Shown piece by piece: positions 49,685 to 59,958 of a stretch of 64,000 bases of DNA. The notes under the pieces were generated by a model. It was not told the origin of the DNA. It worked only from the letters and a program-made list of their open reading frames with translations, and made no database searches. Made by a program: the position numbers and the translations under genes. Positions within the stretch are counted from its first letter, which is position 1, and each line of letters begins with the position of its first letter. Source of the stretch: Bacillota bacterium (lineage in GTDB: Bacteria; Bacillota; DTU025); the NCBI GenBank assembly GCA_050951805.1, contig JBMNJT010000002.1, positions 224,001-288,000 on the forward strand, in the 5' to 3' direction.

Positions 49685-50122
49685 GTGGCCAAAACTACGT
49701 TCAGCGCGTCCATGGCGTGGTCAGGCAGTGGCATGTACTGCGAGGGCGGAACGAGAGGGTTCAAAGTCGAAGTGGACGAGCCGAAGGCGCTCGGCGGAAC
49801 TGACCGGGCCATGAATCCGGTGGAACTCCTTCTATGCGCGTTAGGTGGGTGCATGTCGATATGCGCTGCTGCCTTTGCCGGGGCGTGCGGAGTTGATCTG
49901 CAGGGCTTTTCCGTAGAGGTCGAAGGAGACCTGGATCCAGACGGATTTCTCGGTAAGAACCCCAATGTGCGCACCGGATATCAGGGGATACGGTATAGGA
50001 TGATCATCGACTCTCCATCACCCCAAGAGAATATCGACAGGCTGGTTGAGACGATCGAGAAAAGGTGTCCCATCTCCGACACTCTGCGTGGAGTCGACGT
50101 TGTCCGCAGTGCAAGCACGTGA
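49685..50122 (+). CDS. OsmC family protein
   Basis: DEPKALGGTDRAMNPVELLLCALGGC...EKRCPISDTL. Confidence 0.9.
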   Translation: MAKTTFSASMAWSGSGMYCEGGTRGFKVEVDEPKALGGTDRAMNPVELLLCALGGCMSICAAAFAGACGVDLQGFSVEVEGDLDPDGFLGKNPNVRTGYQGIRYRMIIDSPSPQENIDRLVETIEKRCPISDTLRGVDVVRSAST

Positions 50123-50249
50123 TGCAGCAGTAGAGTGCGCGTCCTTCTGCCCTTTGTTTTGCAGGAGGGCGCGCGTCCGCAATTGGGTGGCGGGCTGAAC
50201 GTCTGTGTTAGCCGTGAGGCACCATGCCCCGGATGATCGGCGTTAGCAG

Positions 50250-50738
50250 ATGTTTTGGAGGCGAATATCCTTGCGCGAACTGGACCTGCACGGCATGAAG
50301 ACCGCAGATGCCATGTCATTTTTTATGAGAGAATACGATAATGCCCTTGAGTCGGGTTCATCCAGTCTAAAGGTGATTCATGGGTACGGATCAGGAGGGG
50401 TCGGAGGAGATACCCGCCGTTGCATAAGAGCGCTTCTGTCTGCAAACCCTGCGTGCGTTGACTACGTTGCAGGTGAAGAGGTTGATGGAAATCCCGGGTA
50501 TACAGTCGTCTACCCTAAGAGGCGGTTGCCGTCAGGTGCTACGGGACTCTACGATTCCATCATACAGTTCTGTTCATCACCTAAGACAAAGTCCGCGATC
50601 GTAAGGCGTTTTGTGAGAAGGACACCGGAGAGCGAAATAGACAGGGCCTTGAGAGATCTCGAAAACAGGGGGAGATTGCGGACGTTTTTCAGAAATGGCA
50701 GAAAACACTATATAGATTCCCGATCGGGCCGCGTGTGA
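50250..50738 (+). CDS. Smr/MutS2 domain protein
   Basis: ELDLHGM, VIHGYGS, NPGYTVV; C-terminal wHTH-like segment. Confidence 0.8.
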   Translation: MFWRRISLRELDLHGMKTADAMSFFMREYDNALESGSSSLKVIHGYGSGGVGGDTRRCIRALLSANPACVDYVAGEEVDGNPGYTVVYPKRRLPSGATGLYDSIIQFCSSPKTKSAIVRRFVRRTPESEIDRALRDLENRGRLRTFFRNGRKHYIDSRSGRV

Positions 50739-50871
50739 GGTTCTAAGGCGCAGCCTGGCAGAGAACCCATCTTTCGCAATGTGGCGTACTGTGTGGGCTG
50801 AGCAAATGCATGAGCCGGACGTGAACTCGCATGAGGAGTTTCACACTTTCGACATTGAAAGGCGGCATTGA

Positions 50872-51264
50872 TTGATGGGAGGCAGAATCAAAGTTATCGG
50901 CGTGTTTGAGCCAGAAGAGGACTGGCATCTGGAGGACGAAGATGGCCAGCGCCTTGAGGGCGCGCTCAGTCCTGTTGCGCATCTTGTTGCCAGTTTAGTG
51001 GGGTGCTCGGGACTGACTATGCGCGGGGTCATGGACAAGATGAAAATAGAGCATCAGGGGATCGTGATCGAGGGAATAGCGGCCATCTCTGACGAGCGTC
51101 CCACATTTGTGCGGTCCATTTCGCTGGAGGTGTCCGCCCCGGGCGCCTGCATTAATGAAGCTCAATTCGCCAGCATCCTGGAGATGACTGAGAAATACTG
51201 CCTGATCGCTCAGACATTCAGACACGGGCCTGAGCTGATCCTATCAGCGAAAACAATACCCTAA
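50872..51264 (+). CDS. OsmC-like protein
   Basis: SPVAHLVASLVGCSG...EKYCLIAQT two-Cys pattern. Confidence 0.7.
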   Translation: MMGGRIKVIGVFEPEEDWHLEDEDGQRLEGALSPVAHLVASLVGCSGLTMRGVMDKMKIEHQGIVIEGIAAISDERPTFVRSISLEVSAPGACINEAQFASILEMTEKYCLIAQTFRHGPELILSAKTIP

Positions 51265-51280
51265 TAGGAGGATTGCTGGA

Positions 51281-51550
51281 GTGAACGATGAGCAGAAGCG
51301 TGACGTCATTAACCGGCTTAAACGAATAGAGGGCCAGGTAAAAGGCGTACAACGCATGATAGAAGAGGACAAATGCTGTGCTGACACACTGGACCAAATC
51401 GCTGCCGCGCGCGCTGCTCTGTACAATGCAGGCGTTCTGTTACTCGAGAGGCATGCGCGGGATTGCGTTATGGAGGCGATGGCCGAAGGCGGAGAAGGCG
51501 AGGTCATCGATGAGCTTGTGCGCGTGATCAAGAAGTTTGCCAGGTCGTGA
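51281..51550 (+). CDS. CsoR/RcnR family metal-sensing repressor
   Basis: NRLKRIEGQVKGVQRMIEE..C..TLDQIAA...HARDCV (Cys-His-Cys). Confidence 0.9.
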   Translation: MNDEQKRDVINRLKRIEGQVKGVQRMIEEDKCCADTLDQIAAARAALYNAGVLLLERHARDCVMEAMAEGGEGEVIDELVRVIKKFARS

Positions 51551-51875
51551 AGGCCGAAGAACTGTCCGAGACAAAAATGCCGACCGGGCTGACGCTGCCA
51601 TGGTTGAGACTGCAGCTGCCCGGCCGGCTTCTTTTCGACGGGTGGACATGGCGATGACTTAATCTGGAGCGAGCAGGTGCGTGAGAAAATCGTTTCCGTG
51701 AGAAACAACCCATATGTCACGTCTTATCCTGCCCGCCGCTCATAGTCTGCTCCCATAAATGGAACTTATTCAAGTTTGGCTTCGAAAAATTCAGGGGAAA
51801 TATGACCATATGCCACAACCATTAGCGATTCCCCGAGGCACAACTTCTGGCTGCCTCAACACTCTGGACAGAGCA

Positions 51876-53027
51876 TTACTTTAGCATGAGCGTGTCTCCG
51901 GGATACTCGCCAAGCACTACGGTGAGGTAGTGCTTCTGTCCTCCCCTCAGAACATACATCACTACCTTGTCGCCCACCTTCTTCTTGCTTATCTCCTCGG
52001 CGAGCGACATCTTTGCGGTAATCTGTTTCCCGTCGATCTCCTTGATGACATCTCCTTCTTTGAGTCCGGCTTTTTCTGCCGGACTATCTTGTATCACATT
52101 GGTCACAAGGATTCCGTTGGCATCCGACAGGCCCAGCTGCTTTGCGATATCGTCATCGAGCTGCTGATACCAGATTCCAATCCATGGGGTGGGCCCTTCA
52201 TCGTAATTGACGATGTCTTTCAGCGTATCTTTGACGGAATTGATGGATATGGCAAACCCAAGTCCCTGTGCGTACGGGATGATCGCCGTGTTTATGCCGA
52301 TCACTTTGCCTTCCATGTTGATGAGCGGACCTCCGCTGTTTCCGCTATTGATGGCCGCGTCAGTTTGGATGAGATCCCCCGTGGCCAGAGTTCCGCCACT
52401 CTCGTCGTCTATGCGTCTTCCGACCGCGCTCACAACCCCTGCAGTAACAGAGTGATCAAACCCGTAGGGATTCCCGATAGCCACTACCCAATCCCCTTGA
52501 CGCAACTTACTCGAGTCGCCCAGCTGGGCTACGGGGAGGTTATTGGCCTTTATCTTGATGACCGCCACATCGGCATCTTTGTTTCCGTTAACGACTCTTG
52601 CAGTGAACTTTCGTCCATCGGTCAGTGTAACCTCCACTTTCCGGGACTCTTCTACCACGTGATAGTTGGTAACGACATACCCGTCTGGACTGATGATGAA
52701 CCCTGAGCCCGTGCCCGGCTGTATTCTCTCGCCGCCGAAGAAATCTCGGAAAAACGGACCGAAGAAGCCGTCATCGGGGAAAGGGGACCTGTAGCTTACC
52801 ACTCGCTCAGTGTCGATTCTGACCACAGCTGGCCCTACCGTTTCTGCTACATCTGCTATAGATGGCAGGTTTCCGCTGTAGCTTGAGGCAACGATCGGCG
52901 TTACCGCTGCGGCAGTGTCTCCTTTGCGTTCAGGGAACCCGTATGACACCACTACAATCGATGTTATCACGCTGCTTATTATCGCGATAACGACCAGGGG
53001 CAGATACTTCTTAAAAGATGCTTTCAT
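51876..53027 (-). CDS. htrA: HtrA/DegP-like serine protease with PDZ domain
   Basis: GSGFII, TNYHVV, DVAVIK, IQTDAAINSGNSGGPL; one PDZ domain. Confidence 0.92.
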   Translation of the reverse strand: MKASFKKYLPLVVIAIISSVITSIVVVSYGFPERKGDTAAAVTPIVASSYSGNLPSIADVAETVGPAVVRIDTERVVSYRSPFPDDGFFGPFFRDFFGGERIQPGTGSGFIISPDGYVVTNYHVVEESRKVEVTLTDGRKFTARVVNGNKDADVAVIKIKANNLPVAQLGDSSKLRQGDWVVAIGNPYGFDHSVTAGVVSAVGRRIDDESGGTLATGDLIQTDAAINSGNSGGPLINMEGKVIGINTAIIPYAQGLGFAISINSVKDTLKDIVNYDEGPTPWIGIWYQQLDDDIAKQLGLSDANGILVTNVIQDSPAEKAGLKEGDVIKEIDGKQITAKMSLAEEISKKKVGDKVVMYVLRGGQKHYLTVVLGEYPGDTLMLK

Positions 53028-53653
53028 CTACCATACCTCCGTTCTGGAGATGTTACTTGCATAAAATAGTCATCGTAGATATCACGAAGATCGAGACCAT
53101 GTTGGCTGGCGTTTGCCGCTTTTCCTGAAGCCTGTGTGGGCTCGAGCAGCCAAATGTTTTCCCCAAGGACTTCCTCCAGAGCATCGCTTGAACTGAATGT
53201 TCCGGCTGCATGGATACGAACACTGGGAGATGTCAGTTCCAACTGGGGATTAGGCTTGCTGGATGCAATCGGCGGTTGCGATTTGTCTGGTGCGCCGAAC
53301 AAGCTGATTCCAAGGAGCGCCTGAACCAATGGGATAACAATGAGCGTCCCAGCGACCGCCGCCGGAATCACCAACTTAATGAATGACCAGGCAGGTTTCG
53401 TAGAATCGTCCCGCTTCATCTCCCTATCAAAAGGAATCAAGGTTATCTGGCGTTCCACCTTTTCCCATACACATTCCGGACATTGCGCAGGGGTCATCGA
53501 GCTTAGCGCGCGCTTCACCTCCAGGGTTGCTGTGTATGTTGCCATGCAGCTTGAACAGACGGCCAGATGCTGCCTGACCCTGTTCCTGTCATCTTCAGAG
53601 AGTTCATGGTCGATATAGGCAGAAATGAGGCGCTCAGCCATGTTGCACGTCAC
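53024..53653 (-). CDS. Zinc-finger (ZAS, zf-HC2) anti-sigma factor
   Basis: ISAYIDHEL...HLAVCSSC; single TM. Confidence 0.85.
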   Translation of the reverse strand: MTCNMAERLISAYIDHELSEDDRNRVRQHLAVCSSCMATYTATLEVKRALSSMTPAQCPECVWEKVERQITLIPFDREMKRDDSTKPAWSFIKLVIPAAVAGTLIVIPLVQALLGISLFGAPDKSQPPIASSKPNPQLELTSPSVRIHAAGTFSSSDALEEVLGENIWLLEPTQASGKAANASQHGLDLRDIYDDYFMQVTSPERRYGR

Positions 53654-54255
53654 TTTTGGCTCACCTCCCGCGACCGCTCTTCGAGGTAAGGAGAGATTCG
53701 CTCCCGGAGCGCTCGCCTGCCCCGGTGTATCCGTGATCTTACGGTCCCAATGGATGTGCCCATTATCTGCGCTATCTCTTCATAGGAGAAGCCTTCAATG
53801 TCGCAGAGAATGACAGCCATCCGATACTCTGGGGAAATGGAATCGAGCGCGTCTTGAATGAATGCATCAAGATGGTCCCTGTCATAGACTGTCTCTGGAT
53901 TGCTGGACATATCCGGGATCTCCTTGTCGAGTTCATCTCCCTCGGATGTAGTAATTCGTTGGTCAAGAGACTCGATATACGGTCTCCGTTTTCGACGCCG
54001 CAGTTCGTCTATATATAGATTAGTCACTATGCGATACAGCCACTTGTCGAAGGAGGTTCCCCGCTTATAGCTGTCGAACGATCTGTAAGCCCTGACGAAA
54101 GCCTCCTGTGTCAAATCACGGGCCTCCTCAGGGTCGCCGCTCATTCGAAGTGCAATATTGTAAACGGAGTTTTGGTGCCTCCGAACGAGAGATTCGAACT
54201 CCGTGGCCTTCGACACGGGCTGTGCAGGTCTTGCAATCGCATATTCGTTGCTCAA
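53650..54255 (-). CDS. ECF RNA polymerase sigma factor
   Basis: DLTQEAFVRAY, WLYRIVTN, EGFSYEEIA..MGTSIGTVRSRIHRGR; start TTG 54255 or ATG 54279. Confidence 0.92.
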   Translation of the reverse strand: MSNEYAIARPAQPVSKATEFESLVRRHQNSVYNIALRMSGDPEEARDLTQEAFVRAYRSFDSYKRGTSFDKWLYRIVTNLYIDELRRRKRRPYIESLDQRITTSEGDELDKEIPDMSSNPETVYDRDHLDAFIQDALDSISPEYRMAVILCDIEGFSYEEIAQIMGTSIGTVRSRIHRGRRALRERISPYLEERSREVSQK

Positions 54256-54298
54256 TTGAATCACCCACTCACATGCCATTTGAGCGTCTACCCGTAAT

Positions 54299-54324
54299 AA
54301 CGACTGACGCAAGAGGCGAGTTCC
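54299..54324 (-). promoter_or_regulatory. Putative autoregulatory ECF promoter
   Basis: Minus strand GGAAC-17 bp-CGTT directly upstream of the sigma gene. Confidence 0.65.
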
Positions 54325-54429
54325 CTGTGTCAATTATACCTGAAACTACGCCGGTATGTGAGGGACACAGGATCCTCAATGGGCACTTGCTGGAATTTGC
54401 CTGCGTGCGTACACTAGAATGCGGAAGGA

Positions 54430-55743
54430 GTGCGTGTTTGGATGCATCGGAAAGCAGGAATTGCTCCGCCACAGCCTGTTGTGATTGTTGTGGAGAAGCT
54501 AAAAAGCTGTGGACATACCGCGTACATTGCAGGGGGAGCTGTGCGGGACATGATTATCGACCAGCGCCGCCCTGGCGATTGGGACATCGCTACTTCTGCT
54601 ACTCCGGCCGAGGTAAGTTCGTGTTTTGAGCATGTCGTGCCCACGGGGTTAGCTCATGGAACTGTCACAGTAATAGAGGAAGGCATGAGCATAGAGGTGA
54701 CCACGTACAGACATGACGGCCCGTATGTTGATGGCAGGCGCCCGGAGCATGTGGTGTTTTTGGATGACATCGCTGCCGATCTTGCAAGGCGGGATTTTAC
54801 AATAAATGCAATGGCATTCGATCCGACCACAGGCGAGCTAGTCGATCCCTATGGCGGCGTGTCCGACATTGAGGCCAGGCTCATCCGCTGTGTGGGCGAT
54901 CCTGCCGAACGGTTCAGCGAAGACAAGCTTAGGATGCTCAGGGCTGTACGTTTTGCGGCAACGCTCGGATTCAGTGTAGACTCTTCAGTTGTGGATGCCG
55001 CGCGGGCGTTGGCGCCAGGGATCGTACAGGTATCGGTGGAACGCATTATGGATGAGCTTGTGAAAACCGTGCGTGCTCCGAAACCCGGTGCAGCTCTCGT
55101 ACTCATGGAGGATATGGGACTTGCCTCCTATATCCTTCCTGAGTTGTGTTGCGAGGTCGGAGAAGAAGAAAGGAAGGCCCTTTATGCAGCCTGTGATAGA
55201 TTGCATCCAGAGCCTAAGGAGCGCTTCGCGGCTCTCCTTTCGCCATTGGGGCCGAACGGTGCTCGCATTGCCTTGGCGAGAATGCGGGTCTCCAACCAGT
55301 TTTCCATTACGGTGTCTCGAATAATTGAAGGCGCTCAAAACCTTGGCCAAAACCCATCAGACTACCAACTGAGACTGACGGCGTCCCGAGTTGGGCAGGA
55401 TTGCCTGCTTCCGGCTGTTCGGCTCAACCGCGCATTGTGCAGGCAGGGGACAGGGTCTTTGGCGGTTGCGGATCTCGGGAGTGAGGGAATCGAGGCAGTT
55501 GAAAGCTTGGAGGAACGAGCCGGGTCAGTGCTGGCCGCAAAGCCTGCGCTGAGAATTGCTGACCTCGACATCAGTGGCAAGGAGGTTATGGAGGCAACAG
55601 GCCTCAGCCAAGGACCCAGAGTAAGGATCGTTTTGCAGCGGCTGCTTGACCAAGTGCTCCACGATCCGTCGGCCAACAAAAAGGAATGCTTGCTTGAAAT
55701 GGCAACAGGTATAGCGGAAGAGATGGAGCAGGAATTGGCGTAG
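54430..55743 (+). CDS. cca: CCA tRNA nucleotidyltransferase (class II)
   Basis: GGAVRD..DWDIAT, DLARRDFTINAMA, RFSEDKLRMLRAVRF, VSVERI; start uncertain. Confidence 0.88.
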   Translation: MRVWMHRKAGIAPPQPVVIVVEKLKSCGHTAYIAGGAVRDMIIDQRRPGDWDIATSATPAEVSSCFEHVVPTGLAHGTVTVIEEGMSIEVTTYRHDGPYVDGRRPEHVVFLDDIAADLARRDFTINAMAFDPTTGELVDPYGGVSDIEARLIRCVGDPAERFSEDKLRMLRAVRFAATLGFSVDSSVVDAARALAPGIVQVSVERIMDELVKTVRAPKPGAALVLMEDMGLASYILPELCCEVGEEERKALYAACDRLHPEPKERFAALLSPLGPNGARIALARMRVSNQFSITVSRIIEGAQNLGQNPSDYQLRLTASRVGQDCLLPAVRLNRALCRQGTGSLAVADLGSEGIEAVESLEERAGSVLAAKPALRIADLDISGKEVMEATGLSQGPRVRIVLQRLLDQVLHDPSANKKECLLEMATGIAEEMEQELA

Positions 55744-55861
55744 GGGGCACACCTGAGATGCGCAGTAGATGCGCTGGGTTGATGACTAATGGTATTTGTG
55801 TGCCCATAAGATGGAGCTCGCCAGGGACTGTGCTGATAAGGTTTTTTGGGGGGGATTGTGT

Positions 55862-57019
55862 TTGGCCAGATCGTTGAAGGTAGTCATAGCTCCGGATTCG
55901 TTCAAGGGAAGTCTTGCTGCAACCGAAGTGTGCCGAGCTGCAGAAGAAGGGCTTCGCAGGGTGTGGCCCGACGCTGAAGTGGTGCGTGTCCCTATGGCCG
56001 ACGGTGGAGAGGGGACCGTTGAGGCGTTAGTTGATGCTACCGGCGGTCAAGTTATTGATGTTGAAGCCACAGGGCCTTTGGGCGACAAGGTGCAGGCTTT
56101 CTTCGGCATCCTAGGCGATGGAACGACAGCTGTGATCGAGATGGCAGCCGCGTCGGGCCTACCGCTTGTGCCTTTAGACAAGCGGAATCCTATGACAGCT
56201 ACGACGCGGGGAACAGGAGAACTCATCGCCGCGGCGCTGGACAGGGGCTGCCGGAAGTTCATCATAGGGATAGGAGGCAGCGCCACCAATGATGGCGGGG
56301 CAGGGATGGCCCAGGCGTTGGGGGCGCGATTGCTGGACGCTGAAGGAAAAGAGATAGGACCTGGAGGCGCGGAGTTGGCGAGGCTCACCAGGATAGACAC
56401 GTCCGGTATGGATCGACGGCTGGTTGGAGCCGAATTCGTTGTAGCAAGCGACGTGGACAACCCGCTTACAGGGCCTAATGGAGCGTCGGCGGTATACGGT
56501 CCGCAAAAGGGCGCCACCCCGGAGATGGTTCAAGTCCTCAACGCTGCTCTCGCAAACTATGCCTCTGTCATCCGGCGCGACCTGAGAATCGACGTAGAGG
56601 CGATGCCTGGGGCGGGGGCAGCAGGAGGATTGGGCGGAGGCCTTGTGGCCTTCCTCGGTGCTCGTCTTGAGCCCGGGGTCGAAATCGTAATTGAGACCAC
56701 GGGACTTAAAGAGAAGGTATCAGGTGCAGATCTGGTCATTACGGGAGAGGGCCGTATCGATTTCCAAACGCTTTATGGCAAGACCCCTATGGGGGTTGCC
56801 AGGGTCGCAACGGAGTGCGGCGTTCCGGTGGCGGTATTGGCCGGGTCTGTGGCTGACGACGCCAGAGGACTACATGATCACGGAATCGATGCCCTGCTTA
56901 CCGTGGTCAAAGGGCCGTGCGACCTGGACGCAGCGGTCAGGCGCGCTTATGCCAACGTGGCTGATACAGCTGAAACATTGGCCAGGCTTATCGAAATAGG
57001 GAGGCGCCAGAGGGGATGA
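55862..57019 (+). CDS. glxK: Glycerate kinase
   Basis: IAPDSFKGS, PMADGGEGT, GIGGSATNDGG, YGPQKGA, TGEGRID..T..GKTP. Confidence 0.92.
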   Translation: MARSLKVVIAPDSFKGSLAATEVCRAAEEGLRRVWPDAEVVRVPMADGGEGTVEALVDATGGQVIDVEATGPLGDKVQAFFGILGDGTTAVIEMAAASGLPLVPLDKRNPMTATTRGTGELIAAALDRGCRKFIIGIGGSATNDGGAGMAQALGARLLDAEGKEIGPGGAELARLTRIDTSGMDRRLVGAEFVVASDVDNPLTGPNGASAVYGPQKGATPEMVQVLNAALANYASVIRRDLRIDVEAMPGAGAAGGLGGGLVAFLGARLEPGVEIVIETTGLKEKVSGADLVITGEGRIDFQTLYGKTPMGVARVATECGVPVAVLAGSVADDARGLHDHGIDALLTVVKGPCDLDAAVRRAYANVADTAETLARLIEIGRRQRG

Positions 57020-57131
57020 CCAAAGCGCACTTATTTCCGTAAATGATCCTCGGCATGGGCACGACTGCAGAACAACAAGATACAGTCTGGGAAGATGCCG
57101 GGGGGTTGGGACTTGATGTTGGGGGGCCTTC

Positions 57132-58586
57132 ATGATGTTGACAGATAATCAGAAGCGTGTTATGGGAACGCTTGCCCGAAAGCGGGTCACAGTAGTGGGG
57201 ATCGGGATTACAAACGTCCCACTCATACGCTTTCTTGCCCAAGCAGGTGCCAAGGTTACTGCCTGCGATATAAAAACAGCAGATCAACTGGGGTCGGAGT
57301 TGGCGTCCCTTTCGGGACTGGGAATAGATGTCTCGCTCGGACCGGGATATCTCGATTCTCTGGCCGATTGCGACATTGTCTTCCTCTCTCCGGGAGTAAA
57401 TCCGGAACAACCGCAGATCATGGCTGCGCGCGATGTTGGAGTCTCATTCAGCTCCGAGATCGAGCTCGTATTGAAGCTTTCTGCAGCGCCGGTGATCGGC
57501 ATTACCGGGAGTTCAGGCAAGACCACGACTACTACCTTGACAGGAAGGATATTGGCGGAAGATGCACGCCTCCACCACCCCGAAAGGGACGTGCTCGTAG
57601 GCGGCAATATTGGCACCCCACTAATAGAGCACGTATTATCAGTGGAAAGCGAGGACCTCGTTGTTCTGGAGCTTTCCAGCTTTCAGTTGAGGCTCTTGGC
57701 CGTCAGCCCGCATATAGCTGCGGTGCTCAACATAACTCCAAATCACCTCGACGTCCATCCGAACATGGAGGACTACATCTTCGCGAAGGAGAATATCGTC
57801 CGTTTCCAATCTGAGGATGATTGGGCCGTATTCGGAGAGGAAAACGAAATAACTGCGCGCATGGCGACTAGAGCGCGTGGCAATGTGCTGATGTTCGACG
57901 CGAGCGGGCCGGTGGACAGAGGGGCTTTTCTGGATGGCGAGTCATTGGTATTGCGATGCGTTGCCGATGGGGTCTGCAAAGATACAATAGTCATGGAAAG
58001 GTCTGATATCAAGATTCCTGGCATGCACAATGTCAGGAATGTGCTGGCTGCCATAGCTTTATGCAGCGCTGTAGGCGCCGATCCATCAGCGATGCGACAC
58101 GCTGTCAGCTCTTTCGAGGGAGTCGAGCACAGGCTTGAGGCGGTGGGCGAGGTAGGTGGTGTTGCCTATATAAACGACTCCATTGCCACCACGCCGACGC
58201 GAACAATTGCCGCACTGAATGCGGTGGAGCGACCCATAGTGCTCATTGCTGGAGGCTACGATAAGAACCTGCCTTTTGACGAGATGGCAGAGGTGGCGCT
58301 CGGGAAGGTTCATACTGTGGTCCTTATTGGAGTCACCTCCGACAAGATAGAGAAGGCTCTTGTGGAGGCCGCACGCAGGGCAGAATCGGAGCCGCCGAGG
58401 ATCGTCAGGGCCAGGGTGTTCGAAGAGGCAGTGGACGCAGCGCGCGCATCAGCTTCGCCTGGAGATGTTGTTCTGCTCTCGCCGGCCTGTGCTAGCTATG
58501 GCATGTTCCGAAACTTTGAGGAGAGAGGTCGAACATTCAAGGAAATTGTTGGGAGATACGTGGAAGTTGCCGGATGCAAGGAATGA
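57132..58586 (+). CDS. murD: UDP-N-acetylmuramoylalanine--D-glutamate ligase
   Basis: GITGSSGKTTTT, GGNIG, LELSSFQL, NHLDVH, EHRLE, NDSIAT, LLSPACASY..FRNFEERG. Confidence 0.95.
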   Translation: MMLTDNQKRVMGTLARKRVTVVGIGITNVPLIRFLAQAGAKVTACDIKTADQLGSELASLSGLGIDVSLGPGYLDSLADCDIVFLSPGVNPEQPQIMAARDVGVSFSSEIELVLKLSAAPVIGITGSSGKTTTTTLTGRILAEDARLHHPERDVLVGGNIGTPLIEHVLSVESEDLVVLELSSFQLRLLAVSPHIAAVLNITPNHLDVHPNMEDYIFAKENIVRFQSEDDWAVFGEENEITARMATRARGNVLMFDASGPVDRGAFLDGESLVLRCVADGVCKDTIVMERSDIKIPGMHNVRNVLAAIALCSAVGADPSAMRHAVSSFEGVEHRLEAVGEVGGVAYINDSIATTPTRTIAALNAVERPIVLIAGGYDKNLPFDEMAEVALGKVHTVVLIGVTSDKIEKALVEAARRAESEPPRIVRARVFEEAVDAARASASPGDVVLLSPACASYGMFRNFEERGRTFKEIVGRYVEVAGCKE

Positions 58587-58976
58587 CGTCGGCAGGAAGC
58601 GCTGAGATTGGGGCGGAATCTTGGCAAGCGCCATGAGTGCGAGGCCGGGTAGGCAGAGAGCTGTATTATCCGGCCGGAGCGAGGCCGAGCATCTGAGCAA
58701 GTTTTGTGATAAGTTGCCGCGCGAGTTTTCAGTTTGCATTGCTCATGTTCTGAGCTTGTGCTGCTCAATTGGACCAAGGGATCGTGCAAAACTGAGCGTA
58801 TGCTGTACGTTTCCACGATAAAATCATCGCCAGCATATTCCGGGCCTCTTGCCAGATGGGGCACGCGATTGTGGAGGACATTCCCTTTCGGGTGGGGAAG
58901 TCATGCCTTGTCGAATCGGACCATACCCCGCAAAAGCACCGGCCACTTAACGTGGATTGTGCGGAGGTGAAACACT

Positions 58977-59279
58977 GTGGATGTCCTTTCGGCGATAGTA
59001 AAGATAATTGTATCAACTGCAGATCCCGATAAGATCATTTTGTTTGGATCCAGGGCCAGTGGTGATCAAAGCCCTGACAGTGACTATGACATATTGGTCC
59101 TAAAAAAGGGTGATTACCATAAGCGGACACTTGCGCAGCAGCTTTATCGCGAGCTAGCAGTGATTCCTGCTCCTATCGACTTGGTTGTGGAAGACCCCGA
59201 CAAGGCAGAGCAGTTGCGCGATGTTCCGGGATTTATATATGGCGAAGCTCTGAGAGGGCGTGTTCTTTATGAACGATAG
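58977..59279 (+). CDS. Minimal nucleotidyltransferase (MNT)
   Basis: ILFGSRASG....DSDYDILV (GSx10DxD). Confidence 0.88.
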   Translation: MDVLSAIVKIIVSTADPDKIILFGSRASGDQSPDSDYDILVLKKGDYHKRTLAQQLYRELAVIPAPIDLVVEDPDKAEQLRDVPGFIYGEALRGRVLYER

Positions 59280-59661
59280 AGTGTGGTCAATTTGGATCTG
59301 CAGAGCTAGAAGCAATCTTGCGCGCGCAAAGCACGGGAAATTCTCAGAGGATGTGTTGTACGAGGATCTTGCTTTTGATGCACAGCAGGCTGCAGAAAAA
59401 AGCCTAAAGGCGCTTCTCCTCTATTTGGGGATGGATGCTCCGCGTACACATTCCATCGGTTATCTGCTGAAGCTGATCGAAGATGGCAGCAAGATGGCAA
59501 TTCCTCCACACGTGCAAGAAGCGGCAGTCTTGTCAGACTATGCGGTAACAACTAGGTATCCGGGGAATTATGAGGCTGTAAGTGAGGAGGAATACTTGCG
59601 CGCGGTCGAGTTGGCCGATGATGTATGCAGTTGGGTCATGTCCATCATAAGGCAGTGCTGA
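59269..59661 (+). CDS. HEPN domain protein
   Basis: AQQAAEKSLKA, PRTHSI, TTRYPG; overlaps the MNT gene by 11 bp. Confidence 0.88.
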   Translation: MNDRVWSIWICRARSNLARAKHGKFSEDVLYEDLAFDAQQAAEKSLKALLLYLGMDAPRTHSIGYLLKLIEDGSKMAIPPHVQEAAVLSDYAVTTRYPGNYEAVSEEEYLRAVELADDVCSWVMSIIRQC

Positions 59662-59958
59662 GCAGCGCGCCTTTGTTGCAAGAATGCGGTGCCGCAGGCA
59701 GTAATAGATGCTGCGATGACGCAACTGATCTCGGTTTTCCAAATACGGGTGGTAGAACGCTAGGTTGTTTAAATGCAAAGACGGATTGTAATGCCGGTCA
59801 GAAGCTGCTCGTGTTCGGAGCCGGTCGGCGTCGAAAGCCTGCAGGTTGGGCATGACGGCGCCTGACATCGTCAATGTTTCCGAAGCAATCATCGATGAAT
59901 CATTCGCCCCCGACAGGAGTAGGATTTACTCAGTCTTATCGTGTAGGGGGCGTATCAC

